Shown here piece by piece: positions 1 to 12,549 of a stretch of 64,000 bases of DNA; positions within the stretch are counted from its first letter, which is position 1, and each line of letters begins with the position of its first letter. Location: positions 3,038,001-3,102,000 of the forward strand of contig JAYWIR010000006.1 in assembly GCA_036172245.1 (NCBI GenBank). The letters are read 5' to 3'. The translations under genes and the position numbers were made by a program. Origin of the DNA: Raillietiella orientalis (taxonomy: Eukaryota). The notes under the pieces were generated by a model, which was not told the DNA's origin, searched no databases, and was given only the letters and a program-made list of their open reading frames with translations.

Positions 1-199
1 CCTCTGCCAAGTGGAACGGTGGGATTCTTTCAGTGGCCAGAAGTGCCGTTGGTGGTTTCAGCGTGCGGACCGCTTCGGTGGTGAGAGATGGCGGGGAAGC
101 AAAAGAAATGGAGAACGCGGTCTTCGAGAACGGGTTCAAAGCTCGAATCGGGAAACCGAGCCTCTAAAGAGGAGGAAGAAGGATTTTTTTGCCAAGTGA

Positions 200-500
200 A
201 CCTGAATCCCGAGCGCGGAAGAATATGAGGACCAACACCGGAACGTTTCCGGAGCAGCGAGGGGACAGCATAGGGAAGCCGGGAAACACGGGCATGGTCA
301 AATTTCGGGAAAGCCGCGGATGCTTCGAGAACACCTTAACACTAAGGAGGATGGGTGGAACTCGCGTCTGGAAGTGGGCGAAGGCTAAAAGCCTTGGACT
401 TTCCGCGGAGAGGGTCCTCCAGGTCTGCCCGCAGCCGGACGGGAAGCTGTCCGGTAGCAAGCAGGTCCGATGCATTCAGAGGAACGTGAAACAAAACAAA
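200..500 (+). mobile_element. Possible hAT dimerisation-domain remnant
   Basis: KWAKAKSLGLSAERVLQ resembles LA...L..P.TS.SAERVFS; single weak motif. Confidence 0.2.
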
Positions 501-1349
501 GCAAAGCAGAAAAAAACAGAGAGATGATCGGTTAATTCTCGGGAGGATCAAAAAGTAGGAGAGGGAGGAGGTCAGAGGCTGCAGAATTAATCGGGAGGTC
601 TGGAAGTGCAACGAAAACCTCGGAAAGAGCACTCGACTTCCCTCCGAGCTTTTTTCCCTCTTTTTCTCCCTCCCTTTCTTTCTGCATTGATCCGTGAAAG
701 AGAGTTTCCACTCCTCTTCCGAGAAGCTGATGGCCTGCAACCACGAGAAGAAACACTTCTTCGTCCGGAAGAATTCGAGGATTCTCCGTGACACCTAGGA
801 GAAAGGCAGAAGGGCCCTTGGACGCGCGCGATGCAGCCTGGACCGGCAATTTCGTGCTCGGAAAAGCGTGGCGGTCCTGCCCGCCCCGGGGACGCTTTCG
901 TTCGAGCCTCAGCCCGGAGGAAGCGGGGCGACTGCGATCGGCGTGAAACGGGACGCCTGGCAGAGCCCGCACGTCAGCGCTCACGAAGCTGGGATCGTGC
1001 ACCGGGAGCGGCCGCTCGTGACAACAGGAAAACAGTTATCCTAAAGAGAAAGGAGACGGCCAACTAGAAGTCGAAAGCAGGAGCTGCCTCTGGAAGCGTG
1101 GATTCCAGAGATTTGGGGCGAACAGGAACGGGCGATTTGCGCGCGACAGATCCTCCCGTGGCCTGCGGGAGGAGCGAGTGCCCGAAGAGAACCCGCGTCC
1201 TAGGAAGAGTTTCCCAGGGCTTTTCCCGAAACGAGTTTCCTGAGAAGCGCAGTCAATGGATGAGCGCGAGATTACGTCACACTGACAGGCAGGGCGGAGG
1301 CGCGAGCACGCGGAATTCTAAAACGTCGGAGGGTTTGTGGTTAAGGCTT

Positions 1350-2190
1350 CCGCGCGTGGCACCGTGCGTCGCGGGTTCGAATACTGTGGCAGAAACTGAC
1401 GCCACTGCGTCGTTGGGTTCCGAGTTTCTCCTGCAATGGCGCTGGTTGGCCGAGACATTCGGGTGTGGCCCCGGCGGTAGATAAAGCCGGAGGCCCCCGA
1501 TGAAGACCGGAACAATGGGAAATTGACCTTCGGGTCTTCCCAGGAATAAAGGAGTGGGGAGTTCCCCCTCCAGTCGTACAACGGAAAGCGGACCCCCCCA
1601 CACCGGGGAGACCCCTCCGGTTTCAAGATGGAGCAGGAGCCCTCACGGGCACCTCTCCAGTTCAAAGGAGCGGACCCTCCCCGTTGCGGGGGGTCCCTCC
1701 GAGTCGTCACCTCTCCACAGAGTGCAAGGAAGCAAGCGAGAGCGATTCCGAGGGAAGCTGCAGAGCCCCTTCTGAGTTTCGGAAGCGTCCCTTCGGGGTT
1801 CTCTTCAGAGGAGTGAACAGGAGCGGTTCCCTTGAGGGTTCCCTCCAGAGAAGAAATTCCTACTAGCGGATCCTTTCCAGGTTGCTTTCGGAGAAGATGA
1901 AATGGAGAGGACAGTCCATCCCCATTGGGGGGTGTCCTTCCGGAGAGAATGAGGAAGGAGATTCTTTTCGGGGTTCCCCTTCGGAGACAACCAGGGTGGG
2001 AGGTGCGATTCCCCCATCCGGGGGGGATCCCTCCCCAAGCGTGAGAGCAACGGACTCCGAGCTCTTCCTAGATTCATAGGGAGGACCCCCATCCCGGGGT
2101 GCCCCCTACCCTGAAGAATTAGACGCCCCCCTGCGAGGCGTGGAAACAAAACAGTGTGTTTAAAGAGAGCCACGTGCGCCGCGAGGCACG
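1350..2190 (+). mobile_element. tRNA-headed SINE-like repeat, copy 1
   Basis: gtggcacc..cgtcgcgggttcgaat head; gcgctggttggcc..ttcgggtg core; 3' ggcgtgga...aaagag motif shared with the other copies. Confidence 0.6.
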
Positions 2191-5100
2191 ACAGGCTCTG
2201 AGGTACTTAGCGAACCAAAAAAAAAAAAGAAAACTTAAAAAAAAAAAAGCTGGAAGGAAAACAGCGAAGATAGGAGAAAAAGAAGAACCCAAGGATTACC
2301 ATCGTCTCGGAACGTTCGTAACAAAAAATTTAATTGGCGCTTATCCCTTCGAAGGCATTCACTACCCTTCCTCCACTTCTTCTACTACTACTACTACCGT
2401 TTTTTTTTTTTTTTTTCGGTTTAAAGGATACATGAACTGATCATTTATAAGATGCCCGTTGAGGATGAAGTGATACACAGACACGTAAATAAATAGAAGC
2501 ACTAACGAGAAACTCACGTCAGACGGTGGGAGAGGGAGGAGGAGGTATGGCAACACTGCTGAGGTGCAGACGGCGCATGCAAAAATTTTCGGCCCCGCGT
2601 GGCAGGCGGCAAAATGGAAGCCACGAGGCGCGTTCGTCCCGGGATTCGAGTAGAGGCTCCGGAAACCAATGGACGTCAGCAAATCTGTCACGGAGCCACC
2701 GTTCGCTTTTGCGCCGCAAGCGGCCGCCAACTGTTCGGATTCCAATTAGGAGTTATCGAGCTTCATTTACAAACTCCAAATGAAGAAACAGGAGGAGGGC
2801 GTCTGCAGCCTTGCTACAGCTCCTCCTGGGATGCGGGAAGAAGTTCACGGAACGTCTCCCCTCGCAGGTACCTGACGGAGTGATCTGAAGGAAGCGGAGA
2901 TGCATCAAATCCCGGAGCTCTCCATCACGCTTCACAGAGCGGATTCACACGGCAAGATTTTGTTTTCGAGAGATCCCCTCCTCCTCTTCTTCCTCCCCTT
3001 CCCTCACGCGTATCCTGCCCGTTTCTTAGGACACCCATCAGTCACGGAGGAAGAGTGTTCAAAGGACCATCAGATAATCTGAGAAGAAAGGAAAAATCAT
3101 GAGCCTGAAAATCCAAGATTGGATAGCGTAACGAGGTATCTAATAAATCAACACGGATAGAGAAGGCTTGTTTTCTAAGATCACGTGAAAAATAGAGGGT
3201 GACACCAGCAGGTTTTGTGAAAGGAAGAGGGAAGTGTGAAACTGAGGAATCTCCGCCGGTCGACGGAGTCGGACCTGCGTTTTGTGTGTGTGTGTGAGTC
3301 CTCTGAAATCGATACCAAAAACAAAAAGGATAACCGCCCCACCCCACCCCCCACCCCCCAAAATGCGGATTTTTCTGAAGTTCTGGGCGTAAACCCCTCC
3401 CGACTGTAATACTGTTTGGTGTGCCGAATTGAAAAAAACCATCCCGTGCTGCTGCGGAATCAAGCGTTCGCGCATGCGTGCAGATACAGCACACGTGCAC
3501 CTCCGAAGCTCCGAATCATCCTGTAGCGGGCATCCCACGGAGAACGAAGAGCTTTCCGAACCGAAGAATCGAGGACCCCACTGCAGCGTGCCAGGAGAAC
3601 GTTCCTCAAAGACCCTCAAACACGCATCGAACCAGCTGGCGGTGGGGAGGAAAACGTGCCAACACGCACACGGTGCAGGAAGAAGGACCTCTTTCACGAT
3701 AAAGGAGTTCTCTTCCGCGGTGCTCAAGAGCGTGCTGCTTGCTCGAACATCCTGCATCTCGAAGATCCAAACAGCTGGTCCCTTGCGCGTTCAGGCTCTC
3801 TCCCATTCATCTGCTAGAGGATCACACCACGGATTCTTCTTCTCACACTGGTTCATACGCCGCGGGTGGAACACGGAAATATGGACCACTTCTTTGGAGA
3901 CTGCGCCCCCCCTACTTGTCCGCAGGCTCGAATCCCGAAGTGTTTTTTTTTTTTCTTTCTTTCAAGCCGGCCTCGAGCGGCTGCCGTCTCTGAGCTGCCT
4001 GCTCGCGGTCCAGGACCGGAGCACGGATTCCGAGACGTTTCAGATGGGTGTTGTCCCCACACCATTAGGAAATCTTTGATTGATCTTCGATCTCACGCCC
4101 TTGGCACCAGCCTCCTTGCTTTCTCTCTCCTCCCACGCGTTTTCATTTGCGCATAACGGTTCATCCCAGGAGGAAGTGCAACAAAGGTCATAATCGAGTC
4201 GCTTACAAAGAACACCGGTCGAAATCCTGACCACCCCGCAGAAATCTCCAAGAACTGTTTGCTTTCAAAGTCGCTTCCTGCCTCCTTGAGTCGGGAGGTG
4301 ACTTCCGCAACAGCGGAGATCACCAACGAATCAATCGTCAGAAACAAAAACAATGTTGGATGTTGGCAATCTTTTTTAAAAAAAAAAAAAAAAAACACAC
4401 GAAGAGCGCTTCTTGGGGGAGCATCGGGAGACCATCCGAGACCGTACCCGAGACGGGATTTTTCTGCTAGACAGGATTTTCAATTGACTGAGAATCTTCA
4501 GGGTGAAAAACAAATAGCACCTCCTGCGCAGCTTCCACGCTCGTTACCACCGGAAACGGCGGCGTGTGCAGTTTGGAAATGGCGGAGGCACTCGTCTGAA
4601 CTGGGAGTCCTGGCTGCAACTTGAGAGAAATTAGCAGTTTTCCTGGTGAGGTTCCAGGAAAACTGCTTCCAGCTTCGCTGCTTTCAGCTTTCAAGGGCTC
4701 TGTTTTCCTTTTTTCTTGTGGTTACACAGGATCTGGATTCTTTCCGAAGAGTTAAAGCAAATGCGGTCTCGATGTTCCCGTGGACAGTAGATTGAGGAAC
4801 ACCAGATATCCACGAGGATAAAGGGCATTCGTCGGTCTCCGAATCCAGCTTCCCGTTTCCCACAGCATCCGTCAGCTCCTTGCATTTGGCAAGCTGAACT
4901 TCGTATTTGATGTAACAGAAACATGGAAAAGGTCAGAGGCAGTGCTCGAGCAAGGCCAGAAAGGTTGGCGCTTTGGGGAGGCACCCGGTGGCGGTGGGCG
5001 CGTGAAAAGCCGTCCTTGCTTCGAGAAACGAACGGGACTCCCGAGAAGACAAGCGTGATCCCAGCGTCTTCCTCACCACCACCACCTCGTCTGCTGAATT

Positions 5101-6449
5101 TGCGATCAGCAAAGTTGTCAACAAAGTAATACAATGTTGGATGCATAACCTTCCATAACCACTGGTGGCAGCAGAGGCGTGGCGAGAAGAATTCCGAGCA
5201 GGAACGCGCGCGGAAACGCGCACTGATGAGGAAAGGAAAGCCTGGAGAAACCAAAAGTTCCTGGATGCGGGAAGTTGGAATTCAATAGGCGGCCGGCTGC
5301 TGAGAAACAAGAGACGAAACCGAACGAGGCGCAGGGAGGGAGCAACCTCTGCTTATCGGTGGCTCGACGGGAGTTCTTGAGAAGCCTTGCGACCACGGGA
5401 GGGATCACGCAGGAGCCCACTCGGAGAATGAAGAGAGGCGCTTGAATGGGATCTTTCGCCGCGGAAAAAAGGCGCCGAACCCGCACCTCGTTGACCAGCG
5501 AATCGATGGCGAAACACACACACGGAGACGGACACACACACACTGACTCGCAGGGGACACGGACACACGAATCCGTTCCTCTTGTTGTTATTCCCGTGAG
5601 GTGGGTGAACGCGAGGCTGTCAAGTTCGCAGTGTGCCGGGGGGGGCGGCACCTTCCTCCTCAAAACAAAGGTGGCTGCAGGAAAAGGAAAAGGAAAAGAG
5701 AAAGATCCGTTTCTTAGCAGCAGGCGATGCCCTGGCGCGGAGGGACGAGGAGGAAGTGAGCCCGAGAATACCGAAGAGAGCGCTCGTTTCTTCCTTTCGC
5801 GGAGGATGGATGGGTCCCTGTCGGTAATTTTCTTGAGCGTTTCCTCTTTGGTACGCGAGTGGCGGAGACGCTTCGAAAGCAAGCAGCCGCAGATGCATTG
5901 CGTCCTCCCCCCCCCCACCCCATCCCCTTCCTTTTTTTTTTTTTTTTTTTGACAAAAGAAAAAAAAAAAAAAAACAAGGGGCGAGGGAGGAAGAAAGAAA
6001 GAACGAGGTTTCCGTTACGAGAGCAGGTCGGCTCTTTTACATGAGATCGTGAGAAGGGGGAGGAGGAGGCGGAGTTCCACGTTCTCTTGAGGTCGGCCGT
6101 CAGCCAAGTGAAGGATGCCCGCGGATTTTTCCGACGAAATGCTTTCATAGACCCGGGGCCCGGGGCCAGAAGGGGAAGAGTTGCCTTCGGAGAGCTCAGG
6201 GGCAAGCTTGGAGAGTGGAGGGGTCAAGCGGGAGAGAATAGGTCCGTCCGTCCCTGCTCCTCCGCGCGCCCGTCCGCTCCCGACTCTCGGCGGGCGCCTT
6301 TCGTCTGCAGGACGAAGCGAGCCCGTAGCCCCGAGGCGTTTGTTTGGGAGGCTGCGGGCATCGCGTAAAGTAATACACTAAAAATAGCCGGAGCCGTGCA
6401 TTCGATGACCTCATTCCCCGAAGCAGCTGGAGGTGCCTGCAAAAACTCG

Positions 6450-7250
6450 TTATTTAACAGGACCTCAACAACAGACGATCATCGGAACACCTTGGGGCGA
6501 TGTTGACCGCCTACCTGCCCGCTTCAGCTGAGGGGAGATGCGTAACCTACATTGAGCGATCGGAGCGTTCCAGAACGGCAGCCGTCGCTCTGGGCTGTGG
6601 CAGAGATGCGTCGTCCTCGGGGCGAGAGGTTGAGGAACGCTTCCGAGCCCCGGCAGCTGCGCGGCGGAGACCCCCGCTGGCGCGCTGCCTAGGTGCTCTG
6701 CTCGAGGTGGCATTCCCGTGGTAACGCTCCCCTGGGGAAAAGCGTGGAGGAGCGGGTTGGGGATGATCTACGCTGCGACGGGGCGGGGGTGGAGACAGAA
6801 CTCTGTCGCTTCCGTTCCCTGCGCCCGTCTCCAGACGCGCGGCGGCTTAGGTGTTTGCGCCCTGGGCCCGTGGGGCTCCCGCGTCAACCCTCCCCAAATG
6901 CAGAGCGAAGGTCGGGTCGGGAGGCAGGGAAACACGGGTCCCTCAGGAAGAAGGCCACATTCCGTGCTGGAAGGTGAGATTCCTTTGCGCCGGAGAACCG
7001 GCCCGAGGCGCAAATCGCTCCATAGTTTCGACTGCAGTCCACAAGAGGTGCTCTCTCGCGACGGTCGCCAGCGGCTTCTGCGGCACACTAGCGGCGCGCC
7101 CACTCGCAACGGTCGCCAGCGGTCTCTGCGATTTCCCACAGGTGGATCTCCCGGATTTTCGATGCTCCCTCCTCTGGCAACCCTGGAGACCAGCTCCCCG
7201 TTTTCTCCCTCTTCCCGGTGGTGCACCAGCGTAGAATGGAGACCCCTTCC
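6450..7250 (-). mobile_element. Decayed non-LTR RT N-terminal fragments
   Basis: DRWRPLRVGAPLVCR (cf. NWRP.T.G..L.R) and SAPAGVSAAQL (cf. SAPGPDG). Contains a 51-nt-period internal duplication at ~7060-7130. Confidence 0.35.
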
Positions 7251-8772
7251 TTAGGAAGGGGAAAAACGGGAAAGGGGTGCGTAGGTGGTGGAACCTTGAC
7301 CTCCAGAAGGAACCGCGGCTGGTCGCGCGCAGGAGCAGCATCGGCACCCGAAAATCCCGGAATGGCTCTCCACGATCCGGAGCAGCACCGGCGAAATTCC
7401 CCACTGCCGCCCAGCTGGTGATTTACACGGATCCCGAGAGGCCCGCCCTCCTCTCTCGCCCGCTCGCGTTCTCTCCCTCGTGCGCTCGCTCACGCGCCCT
7501 CCGCGGTCTCGCATCCTCGAGCGATGGACGTTAATCGGGACATCGAAGGTCGGGGGCGCGGAAAGTGGATCGCCAGAGAGGAATGTAGCAGCCACCCCGC
7601 CTCCGCGAGTTTGTTGTCTCCCGGAACGGCGGCAGCGTCGGGGGAGGCGGGCGAGCCGCGGAGCCAGCGGGCGCGTGACACAGTGACCCTTGTCTCGGTC
7701 TAGGGCGTTTTGGCAGGAGAAATCTGATAGGCCAAGAGGGACTCTTCCAGCACCCGCAGCAGGGCTGGCCGAAAACCGGGAGGGAGCGCGGGAATGTGGG
7801 AACCTGGAGTTTTCGGCCCGGCTGGGTGAGGGAGTCAGCCCTGCACGCGGAGGGGCCCGAAAGAGCATGTGGGCTGCCCTCCGGAAAGTGCCTTCTATCT
7901 CTCCTCCCTCCCTTCTCCTTTCTCCGCTTCCTCCATGCCAGCGCGTCCCGTCCTCTGCACACACGGAACTAGGGCGCTTCCGGGAGGAAGGACAGGACCC
8001 GGAAGGCGGCTCCGAAGGCACAAGAGGAGGGGGAGAGGGGCTCCGGACTGCCCAAGTGATGGGGCGGCCCCGTTCGCGCGCGAGGGATCGTCGAGCACGG
8101 ACCTGGTCGGCGCCCCCGCGCCGTGGGAGCGGTTACGGGTGAGAGTTTCGAGGCGATGGTGGCGCCGCCAGTCTCTTACGCGCCAATCTCCAAGGAGATG
8201 CTCAAAGATCCCCTTAGTGTGAACGCGCACGGCGGAAGCACGGGGACCATCCGGCCCGCGAAGTCCCTCGGAGTTGGGGAGGCGCCATTCCAGTCTGCCG
8301 GATCGGTCCGGCGTTTGGGAGTCGCGGCAGCATCCTGCCATCCTCACGGCAACTGCCCTTGGGCGATGCTCTCTACACGTGGATGGCAGGCGATTCTTCT
8401 CCGTGGGTTGGGGTGCCCCTCGCGCGGGCAGAGCTCCCGATTTCTCTGACTCGCCGCAGGAGGGTGGAGGAGGATGAAGAAAGAGAAGGAGGAAGAAGGG
8501 AAACAAAGAGAGGGAGGAGCAAGAATAGGGGGATGGGGAGGACGACGAAAAGAGGAGGGAGAAAGAAGGAAGACAAGACATCAAGGCGAGATAGAACTTC
8601 ATATGCAGGAGGAAGAGCACCATGAAGAGCAGGATGATGGGAAACGGGGAGAGTGGAGGTCGAGTAAATGGGGAATGAATGCCCCAGGGCATGAAAAGTT
8701 CTGGAAGAAGACCCCGGCAGCGAGGCACAGAAGTGTTGTGTGCTGAAGGGCAGCTGTTCTTGCGAACGCGTG

Positions 8773-9165
8773 TCACTTCCGGACCCGAGGAGGGAGAGAG
8801 CGCCTACGACGGCGGCGACGCGACCGCTCTCGGCGCGCCACAGCCTGACCTTTCGAATAGCGGTCTGTTCTGCAAGAGGAGGCTGGTGAGACATCCCCAG
8901 CCGCGGCGCAGATCATCCGCCGAGCCCTCCGGACTTCTCTTCTTCCTTGGGGTGCCTCCCTCGCCCCTGATCGGATGGGGCAGGGGGGAGGGGAAAACTC
9001 GGAAGAACTCTCCTCCTGCCTGGAAGCCGCCGATACCCGGAAGAGACACGAGTCTTCCCCCCTCCTCCTTCCAGGCTCGAGGCAGGAAAGAGGGAACGCC
9101 GACACCGTTACGCGGAAGGCTGGAGAGACAAAGAAGAACTCCTTTCTCTCGGAGTTAGCCTTCTT
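8773..9165 (-). pseudogene. Possible decayed paralog of the cluster genes
   Basis: One frame reads EFFFVSPAFRVTVSAFPLSCLEPGRRRG...EVRRARRMICAAAG. This echoes FFFFYPSVTTVTA, FPL...GRRRRS and EECAQRMLCRAGG in the correct order. Confidence 0.3.
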
Positions 9166-10092
9166 TTAGCAGCTGCAGGGGAGGTCCCTGCCAGACGGAA
9201 AGTGGCGATGGCAGCGGCGCGTCCGCCGATGGCGAGGACATCGGAGGGTCGCCTCTCCGACCCTTTCTCTCCGGCGGGGTCAGCGTAGCGTCCTGTAGTC
9301 CCCTCCCTACCGCACGCTTCCTCTTCCTCCTACGTTGCCATCGTCCCCTTCCTCCCGGCTGGCGCACCTCCCATTCCTCCGGCCGGTCCCTCGGGAAGCT
9401 AGTGATAGGGACGAGAAGGGAGGCGAGTGCCCCGTGCTCTCAGAGAGGTAGAAAAGGGAAGGCTGGAGGGAAGACCCCCCTCGGGGGGAGGAGTCGCTCA
9501 CCAGCGGGCGGCTCGACCGCGAGGATGGGAAAGAGGGGGAACGGATGGCTACCAGGGAGGAGGCCAACCCCTTTCGCACCCTTGGCTTTCCCGGTCGCTC
9601 CGTTCCCCATGGAGAGCGCAGGGGGAGAGGGGTCCCGCGATCAGGGGCGGCCCTCGCAAGGTTGCCGCCGCGGACAAAGGAAGGGGTGGCGCTTCCCCGT
9701 TCCCCCGTCTCCCCAGAGACCGAGCCTGGAGCGACTCACGCTCCCGCGAGCTCTCTGCCTGTCGCGGAGGATCGCAGGAAGTGCCGACAGCCCAAGGGTC
9801 GAGTCTGGGAGTCCTCTTCCCGCCCCTCCAGGGAGGACCCGCAGAAAAAGAGTCCTGTGCGCTTCCATCGAGGCGGCAGACATGTTCCTTTTATTTCCGG
9901 GGAGCCTGTCGCAGGGAGGGGAGGGCACCGCAGGGGAGTGCCAGGGGAGTGCCAGGGGGGCGACGATAGGGGGGAGAAGGGGAAAAGGACAGAGCGGAGG
10001 GGGGGGAGGAAGCGGTTCCCGGGTCCGCGTCTCCTTCCCGTCTTCCTCCTGGCCTTCCTCCTCCTCGCCTCGGTCCTCTCGGGCGGCGGCTG

Positions 10093-11181
10093 CTACCTCT
10101 CGGAGGGCGGGTCCAGGGCCGCGCAGCTGTACTGGGAGCAGTCGCCGTCCTCGTCTAGGAGGGAGTTCCTCAGCGCGCGCACGGACCGCGCGAGGGTTTC
10201 GGGGACGACTCCTTCAGCCATCCTGTGGGGAGAAGGTGGGAGGAGAGGCACCGGTCGCGGGGACGGGGTGGGGCTCACCTGAGAGCGGGCGGGAGGAACC
10301 GGAAGCCGCGGAAGGCGCCGCCCGCGCGGCAGAGCATCCTCTGCGCGCACTCCTCCCTTTCGAGCGCAGCCGTGACCCGGGAGGTCAGCTCGTTGAGGCT
10401 CTCCGCCCCGGCGTCCTTGAGGCTCTTCGCCGTGACCGTGGTCACGGACGGGTAGAAGAAAAAGAAGGCAACGGCCACGATGAGGATGGCTACGGCGATG
10501 GGCAGCAGGTCGACCAGCTTGAAGCCGCCCAGCCACAGGTCCTTGCGGTCCTCCTGTGCGGACGAGGCCGCCGCCTGTTGGGGGTAGTAGTAGTAGTAGG
10601 GGTAGCTGGGCAGTTGGCTGCCGCTTCCCTGGGCGCCTGCCTGGGACGACGCTTGCTGCTGGGCCGCCTCCACCGCCTGTGGCGAGAGCTGCTGAGCGCT
10701 GTAGCCTCCTCCCTGCTGCGAGAACTCCCTCTTGGCGTCGTCGCTAGACCCGGCGGCAGCTGCAGACGCTCCTTGGACACCGAAGGCTCTTCCGGTGAGG
10801 CCACAGGTGGCGTGCAGAAACAGGAAGAGGATGCACAGCTCCTTCTATGCAGGGGTCGAAGGGGGGGAAGGGGGAGAGACAGAGAGGTCATCAGCGATCC
10901 GGCAGAGGCTCCGCGCGCGCGCGGGTTCGCTCGCTCGGGGGCGAGGCCGCGGAGCTTTCACGGAGGAGGCCGCCTACCCCACCCCCCTGCCTCCTTTCTG
11001 GGGTGGGAGCCTTTCCTTTTCCCGCCTCCTCAGCTAGCTCCCGAACGAGGGAAGGGCTCGTACATCCCCTGGAGACACAGAGGGTCTCGGGTCGCTCCCT
11101 CCCGCTGCTGAGGTAGCAACCTCCGCTCCGAAAGGGGGTCCACCCCCCCCCCCACCCCTGATCCTGCGCACCGCTTACCAT
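10093..11181 (-). CDS. Cluster gene A (divergent): secreted/membrane protein with DM4/DM12-like 4-Cys domain, 232 aa; complement(join(10093..10222,10279..10844,11179..11181))
   Basis: ATG|gtaagc donor at 11178; acceptor cctgcatag at 10845 gives signal peptide M-KELCILFLFLHATCG. Then Q/A/G-rich region with YPYYYYYP, hydrophobic LVDLLPIAVAILIVAVAFFFFYP, and EECAQRMLCRAG. A 56-nt phase-2 GT-AG intron (10223-10278) leads to last exon ...GDCSQYSCAALDPPSER*. Exons sum to 699 nt. AATAAA lies ~200 nt downstream (~9890). Confidence 0.85.
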
Positions 11182-11281
11182 TGCTGACGACGGAAGATGA
11201 TCCGGCACGGAAGGACTGCGGTGGAGTCCCGCGGCAAGGACATGAGAACGACGAATCCGGGGACTCCCTCGACGCCCTCGG

Positions 11282-11289
11282 TTTTTATG
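11282..11289 (-). promoter_or_regulatory. TATA-like box (CATAAAAA) of gene A
   Basis: AT-rich motif ~100 nt upstream of the ATG-only first coding exon, in a GC-rich context. Confidence 0.5.
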
Positions 11290-11919
11290 CACTCCCCACG
11301 GAGGCGGAACCGAGGACCAGGGATGGACAAGAGGCCACGGAGGCGAGAGATTGCCATCTCGGTGGCCGGGCCCTCTTCCGCGAGCGACGCGGGAGGGAGG
11401 GGAGCCGAGCCACGCCCGAACGCGCCAGGTCGACCTTGAGGGCTCCTCAGGAAACCCCCGAGCCCGCCCTACACACAAAAACGCGCGCAGGAAACTCGCC
11501 CCGGGGCGCCGCCTCTCCCCTCCTGTTTTCGATGGGGGGAGCTGCGGGAAAACAGAGCGCCTCCCGCCCCAGCAGCCCCTCTGCGAGCAGCAACAACATG
11601 TTTGCGCCGTGAGGTTGCCACGACCTGTTTGTTTGCGGACAGGCGGGGGAAGGCCGCCGCCGAGGAGGGGAACATTCATTTGGGGAGCGACCCACGAGGG
11701 AAGGGTGAAGCCGGGACGGCGGATGGCGTCCGCTCCACGGCCCGCAGTGCGCTCTCGGTCGTCACTCGGGAGACGGGGGCGAAGGAGGAGGAAAGGGAGA
11801 AAAAAGGTTGTTTACGAATTCCCGTGCTAAAGCAGGGAATCCGTAGTCGCTGCGGAAACCCAGGCGGAGGGAGGCGCGGCCGCGCAGCCTCTTTCCCAGC
11901 CGACAGAGATGGTGTGGGG

Positions 11920-12210
11920 GAGGATAAACGGAGAAGGAGAAGAAAAGGAAGAGGAAGGGAGGAGGAGAAGGAAAGGGGGGAAGAGGAAGAAGGGAGGAGT
12001 AGGAGAACTAAAGGATCAGGAAGAGGAGGATGGGGAAGAAGGGAGGAAGAGGAGGGAGGAAGGAGGAGGAGAACTAAATGAGGAGCAATAGGAGGAGGAA
12101 GGGTGGAAAAAGGAGTGGAGGAGAAGCAAAGATGGAGGAAGACGAGCTTGTTTATGAGTCTCTGTGCCGAAGCAAGGATGGGGCGGGGCTCATAGTCGCC
12201 GCGGGAGTCG
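11920..12210 (+). repeat. (GAG/GAA)-rich tract with unique tail, duplicated at 15200-15415
   Basis: Both carry ggagaactaaa and end in tggaggaagacgagcttgttt.tga.tctc...caaggatggggcgg..ctcata. Confidence 0.8.
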
Positions 12211-12549
12211 AGGCGGGCGGCAGGTGGGCTGTCGCATTGTCTCTTCTCTCGGACCCGCCGGACAAACAGATGGGAGCGGCCCCTGTGGACGGCACAGACT
12301 GAAGATGCTCCCGCGTCACTTCGCCCATTTCCAGCATATTGTGACGAGAGCAGAGGAGACCCAGCGGAGGAGGCCTCGGGAGACCAGATGGGACTCGGGA
12401 GACTGCAGATCCCTAAAGCGCCCGCAGTTTGCCACTCCCCGACCTGGCACTCTCACGACTCTTTCCCTTGTGACGGCGCTGGGAACAGACGCATGCATCT
12501 CGGATCTTGCCACGAGATGTTTCAACTCGACATGAATTAGCATTTCTTA

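Noticed and set aside
3400..5400. Several 120-216 aa ORFs
   Set aside because: No recognisable motifs or exon structure; probably old TE debris that I cannot classify.
9402..11111. 569-aa plus-strand ORF
   Set aside because: Antisense shadow of gene A in stop-poor GC-rich DNA; R/G/S/P-rich with no domain motifs.
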